From: Octopus sinensis
Taxonomy: Eukaryota
Assembly (NCBI RefSeq): GCF_006345805.1
Contig: NW_021833025.1
Span: 139,218-203,217 of the forward strand
Length of the DNA stretch: 64,000 bases
Direction of reading: 5' to 3'
This document shows, piece after piece, positions 63,291 through 64,000 of the stretch; the first letter of the stretch is position 1; each line of letters opens with the position of its first letter. Under the pieces are notes generated by a model, which was given only the letters and a program-made list of their open reading frames with translations, was not told where the DNA came from and did not search any database. The translations under genes were made by a program, and so were the position numbers.

Positions 63291-63719
63291 TAATTTTAAA
63301 AGATATTTTTCAAAAAATCTAAAGATATTAGGTACAAATTTACAAAAAACTACTTAGCATATCATTTATGCTTCCCCCTTTTCATGGTAACTATCAATTT
63401 ATTAGTACAGCATTTTCAAGCTATATAAATATTGAATTAGATGTTGCCCGTCACTTTTTCTACAAGATTTATGGGAGGCGCCCAGGCATTGTAGCGAGAT
63501 GCTTTAATTTATCATAGTACAGCGCAACCTCGATTTGCTGCGGACCTTCTCATTAAGGCACATCTATTCTTGTGGCATTCCTAGGTTTTGGGGCGATTTG
63601 AAAACTAGTTTATTTGTATACTTTCCAGATTTGGAAATTACCTGAGCCTCTTAGTGGGGAATTTGACTTTTTAATTAAATTTATATAAATCTTGCAATTT
63701 ATATAAAGTCTCGCAGTTA

Positions 63720-63875
63720 ATCAAGATTGTTTTGAAATTAAAAGGAGTAAAGAAAAAGATACTATTCTTTTGTCTGTCAATGCTTGTGGAGAAAAATTGA
63801 AGCCATTATTAGTAGGAAAATATAAATCCCACCTTTTATGAAAAATTTTGATCCTGGAAAGCACGAAGTTTTATA
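63720..63875 (+). mobile_element. pogo/Tigger DDE_1 fragment
   Basis: RSKEKDTILLSVNACGEKLKPLLVGKYKSP. Confidence 0.7.
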
Positions 63876-64000
63876 TTCGTTTTCCTATTTCAGAAAAATA
63901 AATAAGTTTGTTTTTAATATAATTCTGAATAGAAACTTTTTTAATGGTCAACCTCTGTAAGAGTTAGCCACGAAGTGCGGGAGTATGCTTTACCATGATT

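Noticed and set aside
1-64000. Microsporidian or bacterial origin of the whole window
   Set aside because: Intron-dense genes, metazoan-type ATP synthase factor 6 and an NK homeobox argue for an animal nuclear genome.

Overview
AT-rich nuclear DNA from a compact-intron eukaryote. It is almost certainly an animal, probably a parasite: it has an NK-type homeobox gene, metazoan-type ATP synthase factor 6, GT-AG introns of about 23-32 nt and divergent rDNA. Host genes are pyridoxal kinase, an NK homeobox gene, an ATP8B-like P4-ATPase, ATP5PF/ATP5J, SAE1/Aos1 and three orphan genes. They sit in a dense field of transposons: CRE-like and R4/NeSL-like RLE retrotransposons, APE-type LINEs, hAT, Tc1/IS630, pogo, a Merlin-like MITE and a Helitron. 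Three signals are not visible in the ORF track. (1) About 0.9 kb at 41430-42332 (minus) is a pseudogenised bacterial dxs-ppnK operon fragment with an ATGA overlap and Chlamydiae-like motifs, a candidate endosymbiont-to-nucleus transfer. (2) An intact, intronless, single-domain bacterial-like alkyltransferase gene lies at 51954-52286. (3) A decayed rDNA unit is split into colinear pieces at 28811-29636 and 39142-40472. All homology calls come from recalled family motifs, not database searches.
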